Shown: positions 28,901-43,747, counted from the stretch's first letter. The stretch: 54,876 nt of DNA from Prorocentrum cordatum (GCA_963575745.1 CAUYUJ010000206.1:62001-116876), one strand, 5' to 3'. Program-made: numbers and translations. Notes: generated by a model from the letters alone, not told the origin.

Positions 28901-29486
28901 GCATTATTGCATGTTGTATTTGCCATGCCATTTTGTTGCTTGGTGTTTTTTTGCCGCCAGGGTGCAATTCCTTTTTCCCTCTCGGGCCGCCTGCTCGTAG
29001 CAGGCGTCTCTCTGATTGTTCGGTGTTGCCCCCTTGAGCTTGCAGGCCGTCTTGGCATGGCAGGCTGCTGCTGAGGACTTTGCGTGTCTCCCTCAAGTAG
29101 CCTCCTAGGTCGCATGGGTGCGACCGGGCATTGGGTGTTTCGTATGGTCTCCGCTGTTGCCTCGTGGGTTATCTGGGCCTCGTCCAGACTGGCGCCTCTC
29201 CAGTACCGCACTGCAGCACCCGACACGGTGCAAATGTGCTCAGTGCTCAGTGTTGATGTTTGTCTTGCGGGTCGCGTGGGTGTATCTGCCAAGCCTCCGA
29301 ACTCCGCATGTGTCCAGCCTCCGAGCTGTCAAGCCTTCGCCTTTCTCCTGGTTTCTCCACGTGTGCAAGCCTCCACGCGCGTGCCGAGTACGCACGTCGA
29401 GCATTCGTGCAGTGTTTGCCAGCGCGGGCGTGGACCCCAAACAGAGAGCTTGTGCACTCCGGATGCGCATGCGGTGGAAGCTATGG

Positions 29487-29687
29487 TGTGCCAGCTGCGT
29501 GGTGCGACCTCTGTGGCACCCGCAAAGTGTGCGACGATGACAGCACCTCGCGCTTCTCAGCCTGGACCAGAGAGGGTTGCTCTTCTCGAGGGGGTATGTT
29601 GTGCCAGCTGCGTGGTGCGACCTCTGTGGCACCCGCAAGGGTGCGACGACGACAGCACCTCGCGCTTTTCTCAGCCTGGGCCAGAGG
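29487..29687. repeat. Tandem duplication, ~113-bp period
   Basis: tgtgccagctgcgtggtgcgacctctgtggcacccgcaa at 29487 and 29600. Confidence 0.85.
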
Positions 29688-30189
29688 CTTGGCATCGCTC
29701 GGACGTGTGCTTTTTTCCTTCGGCGAGGGCCATCGAGGAGCATCCTTGATCATTTGGCGACAAAACCACGCGCGACACCGAAAAAAGCACAGGGAATGGA
29801 CGTCCGAGCGATGCCCAGAGAGAGGGCTGCTCTTCCAGAGGGGGCAGCGCGGGAGCGCAGAGAGGACGGCACCCCGCGCGGCGTGCAGCGCGAAGTCTGG
29901 TGACCTACGAGAGAGCAGGCGAGCAAGGGCAAGCGTGCGCCCACACGCAGCCGCGTCCTCCTCCTCCTCCGCCTCCTCCTCCTCCTCCGCCTCCTCCTCC
30001 TCCTTCTCCTCCTCCTCCTCCCACACGCAGGCGAGCCGCGCCCTTCCGCCCTCGGAAGCCTCCCTCGAGCTCCGCCCTCGGGGGGTGCCCTTCTCCAGCT
30101 GGGAGGCGCGAGGGCGCGAAGAGCATCGCACGCCGCGCCTCCGATCCGGCTCGCAAAACTGCCCCGAGTCGGTTCCGATCCGGCTTCCG

Positions 30190-30310
30190 CATCCGATCCG
30201 ACTCGAAAAATTGTCCCGATTCGGTTCCCGATCCGTTCCGACTCGAAAAATTGTCCCGCATCCGATCCGACTCGAAAAATTGTCCGGTCCGACTCGAAAA
30301 GTTGTCCCGG
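30190..30310. repeat. Four copies of CCGACTCGAAAAATTGTCC
   Basis: Direct reading. Confidence 0.85.
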
Positions 30311-30595
30311 TCTCCGACTTCCGAGCTGATGCGGCGGTCGCCGATTCGAACACCGATATTCCGCAAGACTCGACGCCAGCAAGATTTCGAGCCGGCTTCG
30401 CGATTCGATATTGGTCCATACGCGGTCTTCCGAGGTTACCCTTGCATCCTTCTCCTTCGGCCCATCCTTGGCCGCTTTCGCTGGCCGCGCCCCGCCGCTC
30501 GCAAAGCGTCGACCTGGCCCTCCAACGCCCCTGCATCCTTACATCGTGCGTCTTTATTGGAGAGGCCTTACGGCCTGTGCCGCCGATCCTGAAAA

Positions 30596-30623
30596 ACGAC
30601 GACGACGACGACGACAATGAAAA

Positions 30624-30687
<64 letters not shown>

Positions 30688-30881
30688 CGACACGGGTTGG
30701 CTGTGCTGCCTCGCGGGGCGCGATGCGCCAAGTGGGGTGCCTTGGGCTCCGCTCGTGGCCACGCGCCAGGCCCCTTGGGGCCGAGGACCGCGCACACGCC
30801 TCCCGGCGCACCACCTCCTCCTCGTCCTCCTCCTCCTCCTTCTCCCCCTCCGCCTCCTCCTCCTCCTCCTCCTCCTCCTCC

Positions 30882-30915
<34 letters not shown>

Positions 30916-31480
30916 TCTCCTCCTCCTCTTTCTCCCCCTCCGCCTCCTCACCCTCCTCCACCACCAGCTCCTCCTCCTCCTCCTCCTACCTACTCCTCCT
31001 CCACTCCTCCTCCTCCTCCTCCTCCTCCTCTCCTCCTCCTCCTCCTCCTCCGTCCCCCCTCCGTACCGCCTACTCCTCCTCCTCCTCCCCGGCCTGCCTC
31101 CTCCTCCCTCGTATTTCTCCTGCTCTTTCTCCCCTCCTCCTACCTCCTCCTTCTCCTCCTCCGCCTCCTCCGCCAGCTCCTCCTCTTTCTCCCCCAGCCC
31201 CTCCTTCTCCCCTCCCCCTCCTCCCCCTCCTCCCTCCTGTCCTCCTCTCCTCCTGCCCTCCTCCTCCTCCCTCCTCCTCTTCCTCCCCTCCAACTCCCCT
31301 CCTCTTCCTCCTCCTCCTCCTCCTTTCTCCTCCTCTTCTCCCCCTCCTCCTCTTCCTCCTCCCTCCACCTCCTCCTCTCCTCCTCTTCCTCCTCCTCCTT
31401 CCTCCTCTTTTCTCCATCCTCCTCTCTTCCTTCTCCTTCTCCTCCCCCCCCCCCCCCTCCCCTCCTTCTCCCCCTCCCCC
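30596..31480. repeat. (GAC)n then (CCT)n/(CAT)n low-complexity tract
   Basis: Direct reading. Confidence 0.93.
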
Positions 31481-31554
31481 TGCCCCCTGCAGGACCCGTT
31501 TCCCTCAGTACCCATGCTAAAAGGGACGAGGGTCCGTGCAAGCGGGAGTGAGCC

Positions 31555-31640
31555 AGGGCGCCGGATCTTGCAGGATGTTGCAGCAGGATCTTGCAAGGCC
31601 TGATTGACCCGGATTTGAATTGATCCAGGTCAGTGCGCTT
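31555..31640 (+). repeat. Dispersed repeat 'GCGCCGGATCTTGCAGGAT...TGACCCGGA', second copy at ~37998-38110
   Basis: Shared motifs in the same order, both downstream of CCT tracts. Confidence 0.65.
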
Positions 31641-32228
31641 TTGATGGCCTCCTTCCCGTCGGCGGCTCCGAGCGGGGCGGCGCGGGCGCGTCCTGAGTTT
31701 TGACGGTCCAGTGTTCGTGGGATGCTTGTTGCGGGAGCTCGCACTAAATTTCAGATTGGGTGGTCTCGGCATTTTCTTGGCAGCCCCGTCAGGCCAACCC
31801 GAGACCCCCGAACCCGAGTCTTACGCCTACCCGATCCAAGATGGGGGCCTCAAGAACCGGCCCCTGAGCATAGGAATTCGGTAGCAAATCATGGAAGCTT
31901 GGTGTGCCCTTGCAATTCCGTATTTAGCGTCAATTAGCGCCGATCAGCGTCTGGGAGTCGATGAGATAGCGCCGATTCAGCGTCGGCTAGCGTCGATCAG
32001 CGTCGATTTGGCGTCGATTCGCAAGAGCCGACAAGATGCTATGGGAGGCTGCAAGGAGTTGCCACCGAATCCCAGGGAGCGGCGAGGGCCCCCAGAGGCC
32101 GCAGATAGCCAAAAACCCTCCCTCCGGTCGTGATGTTCGTCACGGCGCGGGGGGAGTTGGGGCCAGGGCCCCGCCTTCGAGCCGCCGATCCTGCGCCCTT
32201 CTGCCGCACCCGGGATAAGGGGGGACAA

Positions 32229-32229
<1 letters not shown>

Positions 32230-32264
<35 letters not shown>

Positions 32265-32323
32265 ATATACATATATATATATACACAGATATGAATACAT
32301 AGTATAACAGAAACTAGTAGAAA

Positions 32324-32367
<44 letters not shown>

Positions 32368-32370
32368 ATC

Positions 32371-32415
<45 letters not shown>

Positions 32416-32436
32416 TAGTAGTAGTATAGTGCAGTG

Positions 32437-32470
<34 letters not shown>

Positions 32471-33215
32471 CAGCAGTAGTGATAATATGATTAGTGTTAG
32501 TGGTAGTATTAATGATAGTACTCATAATTGTAATAATAATAGTAGTGCGAATAATAGTAATAATCGACTTCATAGTAATAGTACGAATACGATTGATAAA
32601 ACATACGAATAATGATATAAATAATCAGGGTATCAATGAAGGTATGAGTAAGTATAAAAAGAACAATGTCAATAATAGTAGTGGTAGTTATAGTAAGAAT
32701 AATTCGATCACGAATGAGAATGATAAGAATATCAATCCGCATCACCAGTATCATACTCGTATTCATCACCATCATGAACATAAGGCTAATTGTTATGATG
32801 ATAGTAATACAATGCTAGTAATACTAGTACCACTTCATAGTATCAATGATGACAATAATGGCAAAGCGGATACTACTGACAATAATAAGACGAATACACC
32901 TATTCGTAATGACACGAGGGAAGTTCGAAAACGAATACGTATACGAGCAATAATAATAAATGAGTAAATTGATTCCGAATACAAATTGTAGTAAAGCATA
33001 TGAAGAGTTATAATAGCAGTAATCACAAAGCTAGTAATAGCAATACTAATGATGGTATGAATATTAATAATAGAATAGTGCCATTAATGCGAGTGAAAGT
33101 AATAATGATGCTGACAGTGATAATAATACTAATAATAATAATGGCACGAGTAACAATGCCAATGATGCGACTAACGACATCACTACACTGATATATACAT
33201 ATACATACACACACA
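32230..33215. repeat. (TA)n, (TAG)n and decayed (TAA)n AT-rich tract
   Basis: Direct reading. Confidence 0.9.
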
Positions 33216-33344
33216 CGTCCTCAAACCCTTGTGCGGTCCTGTGTCGGGGAAATCCGTGTTGAAGTTGTCAGACCCCCCCACCAGGGTCTCACTGCTCCCA
33301 AAACAGTGTTTGCACTTAGGGATTCTTATTTCTAGAATGAGAGA

Positions 33345-33690
33345 CGTGGCCTGTCTGGCGGTCGGGCGGCTATGTAGCCGACGTCGCCGCCTCGTCGCCG
33401 CCCGTCGTCTGAGCTTGTCTGGCACTCGGGCCGCCATGTAGCCGCCGTCGCCGCCGCCTCGTCGCCTCGTCGCCTCCCGTTGTCTGGACCTGTCTGGCGC
33501 TCTGGCCGCCATGTCGCCGCCCGTCGCTTGAGCCTGCGCACCGCTCTGGCCGACATGTGGCCGCCGTCGCCGCCTCGTCGCCATCCGTCGCCTCGTCGCC
33601 GCCCGCTTCGCATTGCTGTGGACTGCTTTGCTTTGCATTGCTGTGCCGTGCTCTGCATTGTTCTGCATTGCTTGGCATTGCATTGTCACC
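33345..33690. repeat. GC-rich minisatellite (cgccgcctcgtcgcc units) followed by decayed (GCATT)n
   Basis: Direct reading. Confidence 0.75.
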
Positions 33691-34049
33691 GCATAGCTTT
33701 CACCACATAGCTCGCACCACATGGATTGCACGACATGGATGGCACCACTTAGCTAGCACCACATAGACTGCAACGCACAGTATGCTAGAATACACTGCTT
33801 CAGGTCCACGCTGGCTAACGTGTATTGTAATAGGGTTGGCTTGTACATTGGCGTTCTCTTCGAGACGCCCGCTTCTCGGGAACAGGGTGTGGTTCCCTCC
33901 ATTGTCACGAAGATCGCGCCGTATCGGCGATGCATCGCCGATGCGGCTGGATGTGGGGCCCGATTCTCTCCACGCCGACGTCGCCGATGCAGCGCCGACG
34001 TCGCCGATACCATTGACAATGCAGTGTCGATGTGGCGCGATTGTCAGAC

Positions 34050-35298
34050 GCCATCCTCCCCCCTCCTCCCTCCTCCTCCTCCCTCCTCCCTCCTCCTCAT
34101 CCACTTCCTCCTCCTCCTCCTCCTCCGCAACCGCAACCGCGACCGTGTCTTCCTCTTCCTCCTCCTCTTCCTCCTCCTCCTCCTCCTCCTCCTCTTCCTC
34201 CTCCTACTCCTCCTCCTCCTCCGCCTCCGCCCCTCCTCCTCCCCCCTCCCTCATCCCCTCCCGCCTCATCCTCCTCCTCCTCCTCCCTCTTCGCGTCCTC
34301 CCCCCCTCCTCCTCCTCCTCCCTCCTCCTCCTCCTCTTCCTCCTCCTCCTCTCCTCCTCCTCCTGCTCTCCTCCTCCTCCTGCTCTCCCCCCCTCCCTCC
34401 TTGTCCTCCTCAGCCGCCTCCCTCCTCCTCCTCCTCCTCCTCCTCCTCACTCTCCTCATCTCTTCCTCTCCTCCTCCTCATGCTCAATCATCGTCCCTCC
34501 TCCTCCTCGCTCCCTCCTCCATCCTCCTCCCCCTCCTCCTCCTCCTCCTCCTCCTCCTCCTTCCTCCTCCTCCTCATGCTCCTCCTCCTCATGCTCTCTC
34601 CTCCTCCTCCTCCTCCTCCTCCTCCTCCTCCTCCTCCTCCTCCTCATGCTCCTCCCTCCTCCTCCTCCTCCACCTCCTCCTCCTCCTCCTCCCCCTCCTC
34701 CTTCCTCCCTCCTCATCGTCATCGTCCTCATTCCTCCCTCTCCCTCTAATCCCCTTCTCCTCCTCCGCCGTCTCCTCCTCCTCCTCCTCCTCCTCCTCCT
34801 CCTCCTCTTCCGCCGCCGCCTCCTCCTCCTCGTCCGCTTCCTCCTCCCCTCCCCCTTCCCACCTGCCTCCGTCTCCTTCTCCTCATCCTCCTCATCCTCA
34901 TTCTCTTCCTTCCCTCGTCCCTCCTCCTTCCCTCCTCCATATCCTCCTCCTCCTCCCTCCCCCCCCGTTCCTTCTTCCTCCCTCCTTTCTCCCTCCTCCT
35001 CCTCCTCCTCCTCCTCCTCCTCCTCCTCCTCTTCCTACCTCATCTCATTCTTTTCCTCCTCCGCCCCGTCTCCTCCTCCTCCTCCACCTCTTCACTCCTC
35101 CTCCTCTCCTCCCTCCTCCTCCTCCTCCTCCCCCTCCTCCCTCCTCCCTCCTTTCCTCACCCCCCCCCATCCCCCGCCCCCTCTACACCACACACCCTCT
35201 ACACCACACCACATCCTCCCTGCCTCCCTCCCTCCTCCTCCTCTTCCTCCTCCTCCTCCTCCTCATGCTCCTCCTCCTCTTCCTCGTCCTCCTGCTCG

Positions 35299-35330
<32 letters not shown>

Positions 35331-36583
35331 GTCCTCGTTCTTCGCATCATCATCACCATCCGTCTCATCCACCTTATCCTGCTCCGCCCTCCTCCTCATC
35401 ATCCTCCCTCCTCATCCTCCTCCTCCTCCTTGACATCATCCTCCTCATCATCATCATCATCCTCATCATCAGCAGTATCATCAGCACCACCATCATCATC
35501 CACCACTTACCAATCATTTTTCACCATTCCTCATGCATCATCAACATCATCATCCGTATCATCAGCAGCAGCAGCAACATCATCAACATCAAAATCGTCA
35601 TCACCATCCCGCTTCCTCCTCCTCCTCCTCCCTCATCCCCCCCCTCCTCCGTCTCCCTTCATCCCTCGATCCCGCCCTCCCTCCTCCGCCTCCGCATCGT
35701 CCTTCTCATCCTCCTCCGCATCGTCCGCATCATCAATATCATCATCCTCCCTCCGCCTTCCTCCCACCCTCCCTCCGCATCCTTATCCTCCGCATCCGCC
35801 TCCTCCTCATCCTCCTCCGCCTCCTCCTCCTCAGTATCACCATGTTCCTCCTCCTCGTCCCCCCTCATCTCCCATTCCGCATCCATCCTCATCCTCCTTC
35901 TCCTGCTCTTCGTCCTCCTCCTCCTCCTCCTCCTCCCCCCTCCTCCTTCTTCTCCTTCTCCGCCTCCTCATCCTCATCATCCCACTCCGCCTCTTCCTCC
36001 GCCTCCCTGCCTCCCCCTCCTCCGCCTCTTCCTCCCGTCCTCCTCCTCCTCCGCCTCCTCCTCCGCTTCCGCATCCGCGTCCTCCTCCTCCTCCTCCTCT
36101 TCATCATCATCCTCTTCCTCCTCTTCCTCCTCCTCCTCCTCCTCATCCTCCTCCGCCTCATATGCCTCCCTCCGCCTCCTCCGTGGTCTTCTTCCTCTTC
36201 TTCCTCCTCCTCATCATCCTCTTCCTCCTCCGCAGCATCCTCCTCCTCCTCCGCGTCCTTCTGCCCCACGTCTCATCATCCTCTTCGTCATCCTCTTCCT
36301 CATCCTCCTCATCCTCCTCCTCATCATCCTCATCCTCGTCTCCTCCTCCTTCTCCCACGCCTCCTCCTCCTCATACGCCTCCGCTTCCTCGTCCTACGCA
36401 TCCTCCTCCTCCTCCCTGTCATCCTCCTCCTCCCCTCCTCGTCTTCCTCCTCCTCCTCCGCATCGTCATCCTCTTCCTCCTTCCCATCATCAGCAGGTTC
36501 ACCAGCAGCATCAGCAGCATCACCATCATCAGCAGCATCAGCAGCATCATCTGCATCATCATCTGCACCATCCTCATCATCAA

Positions 36584-36664
<81 letters not shown>

Positions 36665-37424
36665 TATCATCGTCAGCAGCAGCAGCATCATCACCAGCAT
36701 CATCAGCATCATCAGCAGTATCCTTATGTTTCTCATTCGCCTGCTCATCCTCCTCATCATCGTCATCCTCCTCATCATCATCCTCCCTCCCTCCCTCCCT
36801 CCCTCCCTCCCTCCCTCCCTCCCTCCATCTCTCCATCCATCCATCCATCCATCCATCCATCCATCCATCCATCCATCCATCCATCCATCCATCCATCCAT
36901 CCATCCATCCATCCATCCATCCATCCATCCAGAATGCATCCGCCCTCCTCCCTTCTCCCTCGTCCATCCTCCCTCCTCCCGCCTCCTCCTTCCTCCTCCT
37001 CGTCCCTTTCTAATATCCTCTCCTCCTCCTCTCCCCATCCTCGTCCTCATTCTCATCCTCCTCCGCGATCGCGACCGCGACCGCGACCGTGTCCTCGTCC
37101 TCCTCTTCCTCCTCCTCTTCCTCCTCCTCCTCCGCCTCCGCCTCCGCCTTCTCCTCGTCCCCCTCCTCCTCCTCCTCCGCCTCCTCCTCCTCCTACTCCT
37201 CCTCCTCTTCTTCATTCCTCATCCTCCGCCTCCTCTTCTCCCCCCACCCTCCTCCCGCCCCCGCTCCCGCCTCCCCCTCCTCCGCCTCTGCCTCCTCCTC
37301 TCCTCCTCCTCCTCCTCCGTCACCTCCATCTCTCCTCCCCTCCTCCTCATCTTCCTCCCCCTCCTCTCCTCCCCCTCCCCCTCCTCCCTCCTCTCATCAC
37401 CACCAACATCATCATCATCATCAG

Positions 37425-37513
<89 letters not shown>

Positions 37514-37680
37514 CTCATCACNNNNNNNNNNNNNNNNNNNNNNNNNNNNNNNNNNNNNNNNNNNNNNNNNNNNNNNNNNNNNNNNNNNNNNNNNNNNNNN
37601 NNNNNNNNNNNNNNNNNNNNNCCTCCTCCTCCTCCCTCCTCCTCCTCCTCCTCCTCCTCCTCCTTCTCCTCCTCCTGCTC
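34050..37680. repeat. 3.6-kb (CCT)n/(CAT)n/(CCAT)n low-complexity block including the gap at 37522-37621
   Basis: Direct reading; explains the 1419-aa ORF. Confidence 0.95.
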
Positions 37681-38260
37681 GGACCCCCGTCCTGGAAGGC
37701 CTCCAATCTTGGAGCCGCCGATCCCTGCGCCACTCGGCCGCGCCCGTGCCGCCCGCCCTGGCCACCCGAAGGAAGGCGGCGTCCCTGGCGGCCTCGACCT
37801 GTGCCCCGACGGCGACGACGACGAAGGACAAGACCAGGAGGACGACGACGAGGAGGAGCAGGAAGAGAAGCATAAGGAGGTGAAGAGCTCCCCACCCGCC
37901 GCGCACATCCTGCACGCCCGCCCCCGGGACCAGTTCTTCATCCTGACTCGTTGCGGGGCTCGAGAGACGGGGGTCAATACAAACAAGGGGCCGGTCAGAG
38001 CGCCGGATCTTGCAGGATCTTGCAGGGCCAGGGGTGCATGAACCCGGGCTTGGGTGCAGGCTTTTGCAGGGCCTGACTGACCCGGACCTGGATTGACCCG
38101 GGTTAGACGACCCCCGATCGTTGCGTGACGGTCTTGGGCCTTGGCGAGGACCCCCAAAGGCCGAAACAAAGCGCCTCACAAGTTTTTCGAGACGCTGGAG
38201 GTCTGGGCACCCGTGCCGCCCACTGCCCGCCTAGAGGGCGGCGGCACCGCGAAGATAGCC

Positions 38261-38433
38261 TTATGTCGGGCCTGTCCCCCTACGGGGATTCTCGACGAAA
38301 AACAAAAAAAATACCCCTAAAAAAATATATAAAAAAAACTCTGGGGACTTTTTTTGTGTGTGTATTTTTTGACCTTCTTGGGGTATTTTTGGGGTATTGC
38401 GAAGGCCTTACGGCCGGTGCCGCCGACCCTTAA

Positions 38434-38497
<64 letters not shown>

Positions 38498-39039
38498 CGC
38501 TCTTGGGGGCCTCTTGGGGGTAGTTTGTGGGCCTCTTGGGAAGCTCTTAGGGGCCGCTTGGAAGCCTCGTGGGGGCCTCTTGGGGCTTCCTGGGGGTCTC
38601 TGGAGGGGGCCTGGGACGTCTTGGAGGTTTCTTGGACGGTCTTGGGGCTATCTTGGGCGTTTTCGGCCGATCTTTGGGCGACTCGGGGCCCTCTTGGGCC
38701 GTCTCGGGGGCCATCTTGGGCATTCGGACCTCATTTGGAGTGTTTTCGAGGTTTCTAGGCCGCCCGAGGAAAAACGAATCTGCCCCCCCCCCCACCCCAC
38801 CCCCCATCCCCCCCGGGACCCCCCCCCCCTGGGGAAGGAATCAAAGGGAAGGGGCTTCCCTTCGAATCGACAACGGCATGGACAACGATGACGATCCGAA
38901 CAACGACGAAAACACAACGATGTCAATCCGAACAACGAAGACGATTCGGACGAGGAAGCCCCTCGCACACGCCGACAGGGTCGGCGGATTTCTTATTTTT
39001 CGTCGAAAATCCCCCTGGAGGGGGACAGGCCCGACCTAA
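38261..39039. mobile_element. Non-autonomous TIR element, 779 bp, with 8-bp TSD AGATAGCC
   Basis: TTATGTCGGGCCTGTCCCCCTACGGGGATTCTCGACGAAAA pairs with TTTTCGTCGAAAATCCCCCTGGAGGGGGACAGGCCCGACCTAA. AGATAGCC at 38253-38260 and 39040-39047. Confidence 0.88.
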
Positions 39040-39231
39040 AGATAGCCGCGGCTCGCGCGTCGCGGCCTGGGATGGAGGGGCGCCGGTTCTCCACGACGGC
39101 GGCGCGAGGGCGCGAAGCGAGTCGCGCGTCGCGCACCGCGGGGCACGAGGCGCGAAGGGAGGTTGCCTCGGCCCCGAGCGCAGCCACAGACCAATCGGTC
39201 CTGTCAGCCGCCCGTCAGCCGCCCGCCCGCC

Positions 39232-39446
39232 GAGGAGGAGGAGGAGGAGGAGGAGGAGGAGGAGGAGGAGAGGAGGAGGAGGAGAGGAGGAGGAGGAGGA
39301 GGAGGGGGGGCGGAGGAGGGAAGAGGGAAGAGGGAAGAGGAAGGAGGAGGAGGAGGAGGAGGAGGAGGAGGAGGAGGAGGAGAGGAGGAGGGGAGGAGGA
39401 GGAGGAGGAGGAGGAGAGGAGGAGGAGGAGAGGAGGAGGAGAGGAG
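39232..39446. repeat. (GAG)n microsatellite
   Basis: Direct reading. Confidence 0.95.
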
Positions 39447-39634
39447 GCGCGTGCCGCCCGCCAGCCGCCCGCAGGACGGCGGCACTGCCGGCCCGCCTCC
39501 GCCGCGGCACCCCGGCGGCGCGCGGCGCCGCGGCGCGGGCCTGCGCGCGCTGGCGCTCGGCGCGCTGGCGCTGGGCCTGGCCGCGCGCCTCTCTGGGCGC
39601 GGGGCGTGCGCGGGAGGCTCGCCGTGGCGTGCTG

Positions 39635-39658
39635 CGACGACGACGACGACGACGACGA

Positions 39659-39698
<40 letters not shown>

Positions 39699-39713
39699 AG
39701 CGACGGCGACACA

Positions 39714-39762
<49 letters not shown>

Positions 39763-39952
39763 GCGGCGGCGACGGCGACGGCGACTGCTACGGCGACTGC
39801 GACGGCGACAGCGACGACGACGACGACGACGACGGCGACGGCGACGGCGATGGCGGGGGGCGACGGCGACGGCAGCGACGACGACGACGACAGCGACAGC
39901 GACGACGATGGTGACTCCGACGATGGCCGCGACAGCGACAGCGACGGCGACA

Positions 39953-40011
<59 letters not shown>

Positions 40012-41101
40012 AGCGACGACGACGACAGCGACGACGACGGCGACTGTGACGGTGGCTTCGACGGCGATGGCGACGGCAACTGCGACAGCGACGCTGACGA
40101 CGACGACGACGACGACAGCGACGACGACGGCGACTGTGACGGTGGCGGCAACGGCGATTGCGATGGCAGCGACGACGGCGACGACCAGGACCACGATCAC
40201 GACGACGACGACGACGACCACGACGACGACGACGACGACGACGGCGACGGCGACTGTGACGGTGTTGGCGACGACGACGGCGAATCGGACAGCGAAGACG
40301 ACGGCAACGGCGACGACGACAATGACGACAACGACGACGACGGCGACGGCGACAGCGACGGCAACGGCGACGGCAGCGACGACGACGACGATGACTTCGA
40401 CGACGGCGACGACGTCGACGACGACGACAGCGACGACGACGACGGCGACTGCGACGGTGGCGGCGACAGCGACAGCGACGGCGACAGCGACAGCGACGAC
40501 GACGACGACGGTGACGACGACGACGGTCAGGACGACGGCGACTGACTGTGGCGGCGACGGCGACGGCGACAGCGACTGCGACAGCGACAGCGACGACGAC
40601 GACGACGACGGAGACTGTGACGGCGACAGCGACGGCGACGGCGACGACAGCGACGACGACGGCAACTGTGACGGTGGTGGCGATGGCGACGGCGACTGCG
40701 ACACCGACGGCGACTGCGACGACGACGATTTCGACGGCGACGGCGACGGCGACGGCAGCGACGACGACGACGACGACAACGCCGACAGAGACGACGACGG
40801 CGACTGTGACGGTGGCGGCGACGGCGATTGCGACAGCGACGGCGACGGCGAAACCGACGACGACGACGACGACGACGACGACGGCCTCGGCGACGGTGGC
40901 GCGACGGCAGCGACGGCGACGGCAGCGACGACGACGACAGCGACGGCGACTGCGACGGTGGCGGTTACAGCGACGGCGGCTGCGACGGCGACAGCGACAA
41001 CGACGACGACGACGGCGGCGACGACGACGACGACGACGAAGACAGCGGCGATCACGGCGACTGTCGGCGACGGCGATTGCGATAGCGACGGCGACAGCGA
41101 C

Positions 41102-41135
<34 letters not shown>

Positions 41136-41979
41136 CGGACGGCCGACGGCGACGGCGACAACGACACACAGCGACGGCAGCGACGACGACGACGACGAGG
41201 ACGACGTCGACGACAGTGAGGACGACGGCGACTGTGACGGGGGCTGCGACGGCGATTGCGACAGCGACGACGACGACGACGGCGACGGCGACGGCGACGA
41301 CGACAAGGACGGCGACGACGACGACGGCGACGGCGGCGTCGGTGGCGGCATCCACGACGACGACAGCAGCGGCGACGACGGCGACTGTGACGGTGGCGGC
41401 GACGGCGACGGCGACTGCGACAGCGACGTTGACAGCGACGACGACGACCACCACGACGACGACGGCGACGGCGACGGAGACGCGGACGGCCGCCGGCGAC
41501 GACAACGGCGACGGCAGCGACGACGACGACAGCGACGGCGATTGTGACGGTGTCGACGACGACGATTACGACAGCGACGGCGACAGCGACGACGACGACA
41601 ACGACGACGACGACGACGACGGCGACGGCGACGCGAACGGCCGACGGCGTCGGCGACGGCAGCGACGACGACGACAACGACGGCGGCGGCGACGGCGGCG
41701 GCGGCGACGGCGATGGCGATTGCGATAGCGACGGCGCCAGCGACGACGACGACGACGACGACGACGACGGCGACGGCGACGGCGACGCGGACGGCCGACG
41801 GCGACGGCGACGGCAGCGACGACGACGACGACGACGTCGACTGCGACGACGGCAAGTGTGACGGTGGCGGCGACGGCTACGAATACGCAGACGGCCGACG
41901 GCGACGGCGACGGCATCGACGATGACGACGACGACGACGACGACGACGACAGCGACAACGACGGCGACTGTGACGGGGG

Positions 41980-42010
<31 letters not shown>

Positions 42011-42025
42011 TGCGACAGTGGCGAC

Positions 42026-42102
<77 letters not shown>

Positions 42103-42163
42103 AGCGCACGGCCGACGGCGACGGCGACGGCGACGGCAGCGACGACGACGGCGACGACGGCGG

Positions 42164-42195
<32 letters not shown>

Positions 42196-42354
42196 CGGAC
42201 GGCCGACGGCGATGGCGACGGCGACGGCAGGTACGACGACGACGACGACAACGAGAGCGACGACGACGGCGACGCGGACGGCCGACGGCGACGGCAGCGA
42301 CGACGACGACAACGACCACGTCGACGACGACAGCTACGGCGACTGTGATGGGGG

Positions 42355-42391
<37 letters not shown>

Positions 42392-42392
42392 A

Positions 42393-42429
<37 letters not shown>

Positions 42430-42496
42430 CGACGGCGACGGCGACGGCGACGCGGAGGGCCGACGGCGAAGGCGACAGCGACGAAGGCCGACGGCA

Positions 42497-42528
<32 letters not shown>

Positions 42529-42605
42529 CACGACAGCGACGACGACGGCGACTGTGACGGTGGCAGCGGCGACGACGGCGCGGCGATTGCGACAGCCCCG
42601 ACGGA

Positions 42606-42652
<47 letters not shown>

Positions 42653-43118
42653 CGACGGCGACGGCGACGACGGCGGCGACGACAGCGACGAAAACGGCGA
42701 CGGCGACGCGGACGGCCGACGGCGACGGCGACGGCGACGGCAGCGGCGACGGCGACGCGGACGGCCGACGGCGACAACGACGGCAGCGACGACGACGACG
42801 TCGACTGCGACGACGGCGGCGGCGACGACGACGGCAAGTGTGACGGTGGCGGCGACGGCGACGCAGACGGCCGACGGCCGACGGCGACGGCGACGGCGAC
42901 GGCAGCGACGACGACGACGACGACGACGACGATTGCGACGGCGACGGCGACGACGACGACAGCGACGGCGACGGCGACTGTGACGGGGGCGGCGACGGCG
43001 ACTGCGACAGTGGCGACGACGACGACGACGACGCCGACGACGACGACGATGACGACGACGACGACGACGACGGCGACGGCGAAGCGCACAGCCGACGGCG
43101 ATGGCGACGGCGACGGCA

Positions 43119-43170
<52 letters not shown>

Positions 43171-43546
43171 CGACGACGGCGGCGACGGCGACGCGGACGG
43201 CCGACGGCGATGGCGACGACGACGGCGACGGCAGCTGCGACGACGACGACGACGACGACGACAACGACAACGACAGCGACGACGACGGCGGCGCGCACGG
43301 CCGACGGCGACGGCAGCGACGACGACAACGACGACGTCGACGACGACAGCTACGGCGACTGTGACGGGGGCGGCGACGGCGACGGCGACGGCGACAGCGA
43401 CGGCGGCAGCGACGAACGACGACGACGACGACGGCGACGGCGACGGCGACGCGGAGGGCCGACGGCGACGGCGACAGCGACGGCAGCGACGACGACGACG
43501 ACGACGACCACGACGGCGACGGCGACAGCGACGGCGGACGGCGGCA

Positions 43547-43578
<32 letters not shown>

Positions 43579-43747
43579 TGCGACGGCGACGGCGACGCGG
43601 AGGGCCGACGGCGACGGCGACAGCGACGGCAGCGACGACGACGACGACCACGACAGCGACGACGACGGCGACTGTGACGGTGGCAGCGACGACGACGGCG
43701 CGGCGATTGCGACAGTCCCGACGGAGACGACGGCGACGGCGACGGCA

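Noticed and set aside
28920..28945. Second SL relic (gccattttg)
   Set aside because: Only 9 nt match and no associated ORF.
27453..29096. Cys/Val-rich or His/Thr-rich proteins
   Set aside because: Translations of (CT)n and (GT)n.
33782..38041. 1419-aa extensin/formin-like protein
   Set aside because: (CCT)n/(CAT)n is open in all + frames and the ORF spans an N gap.
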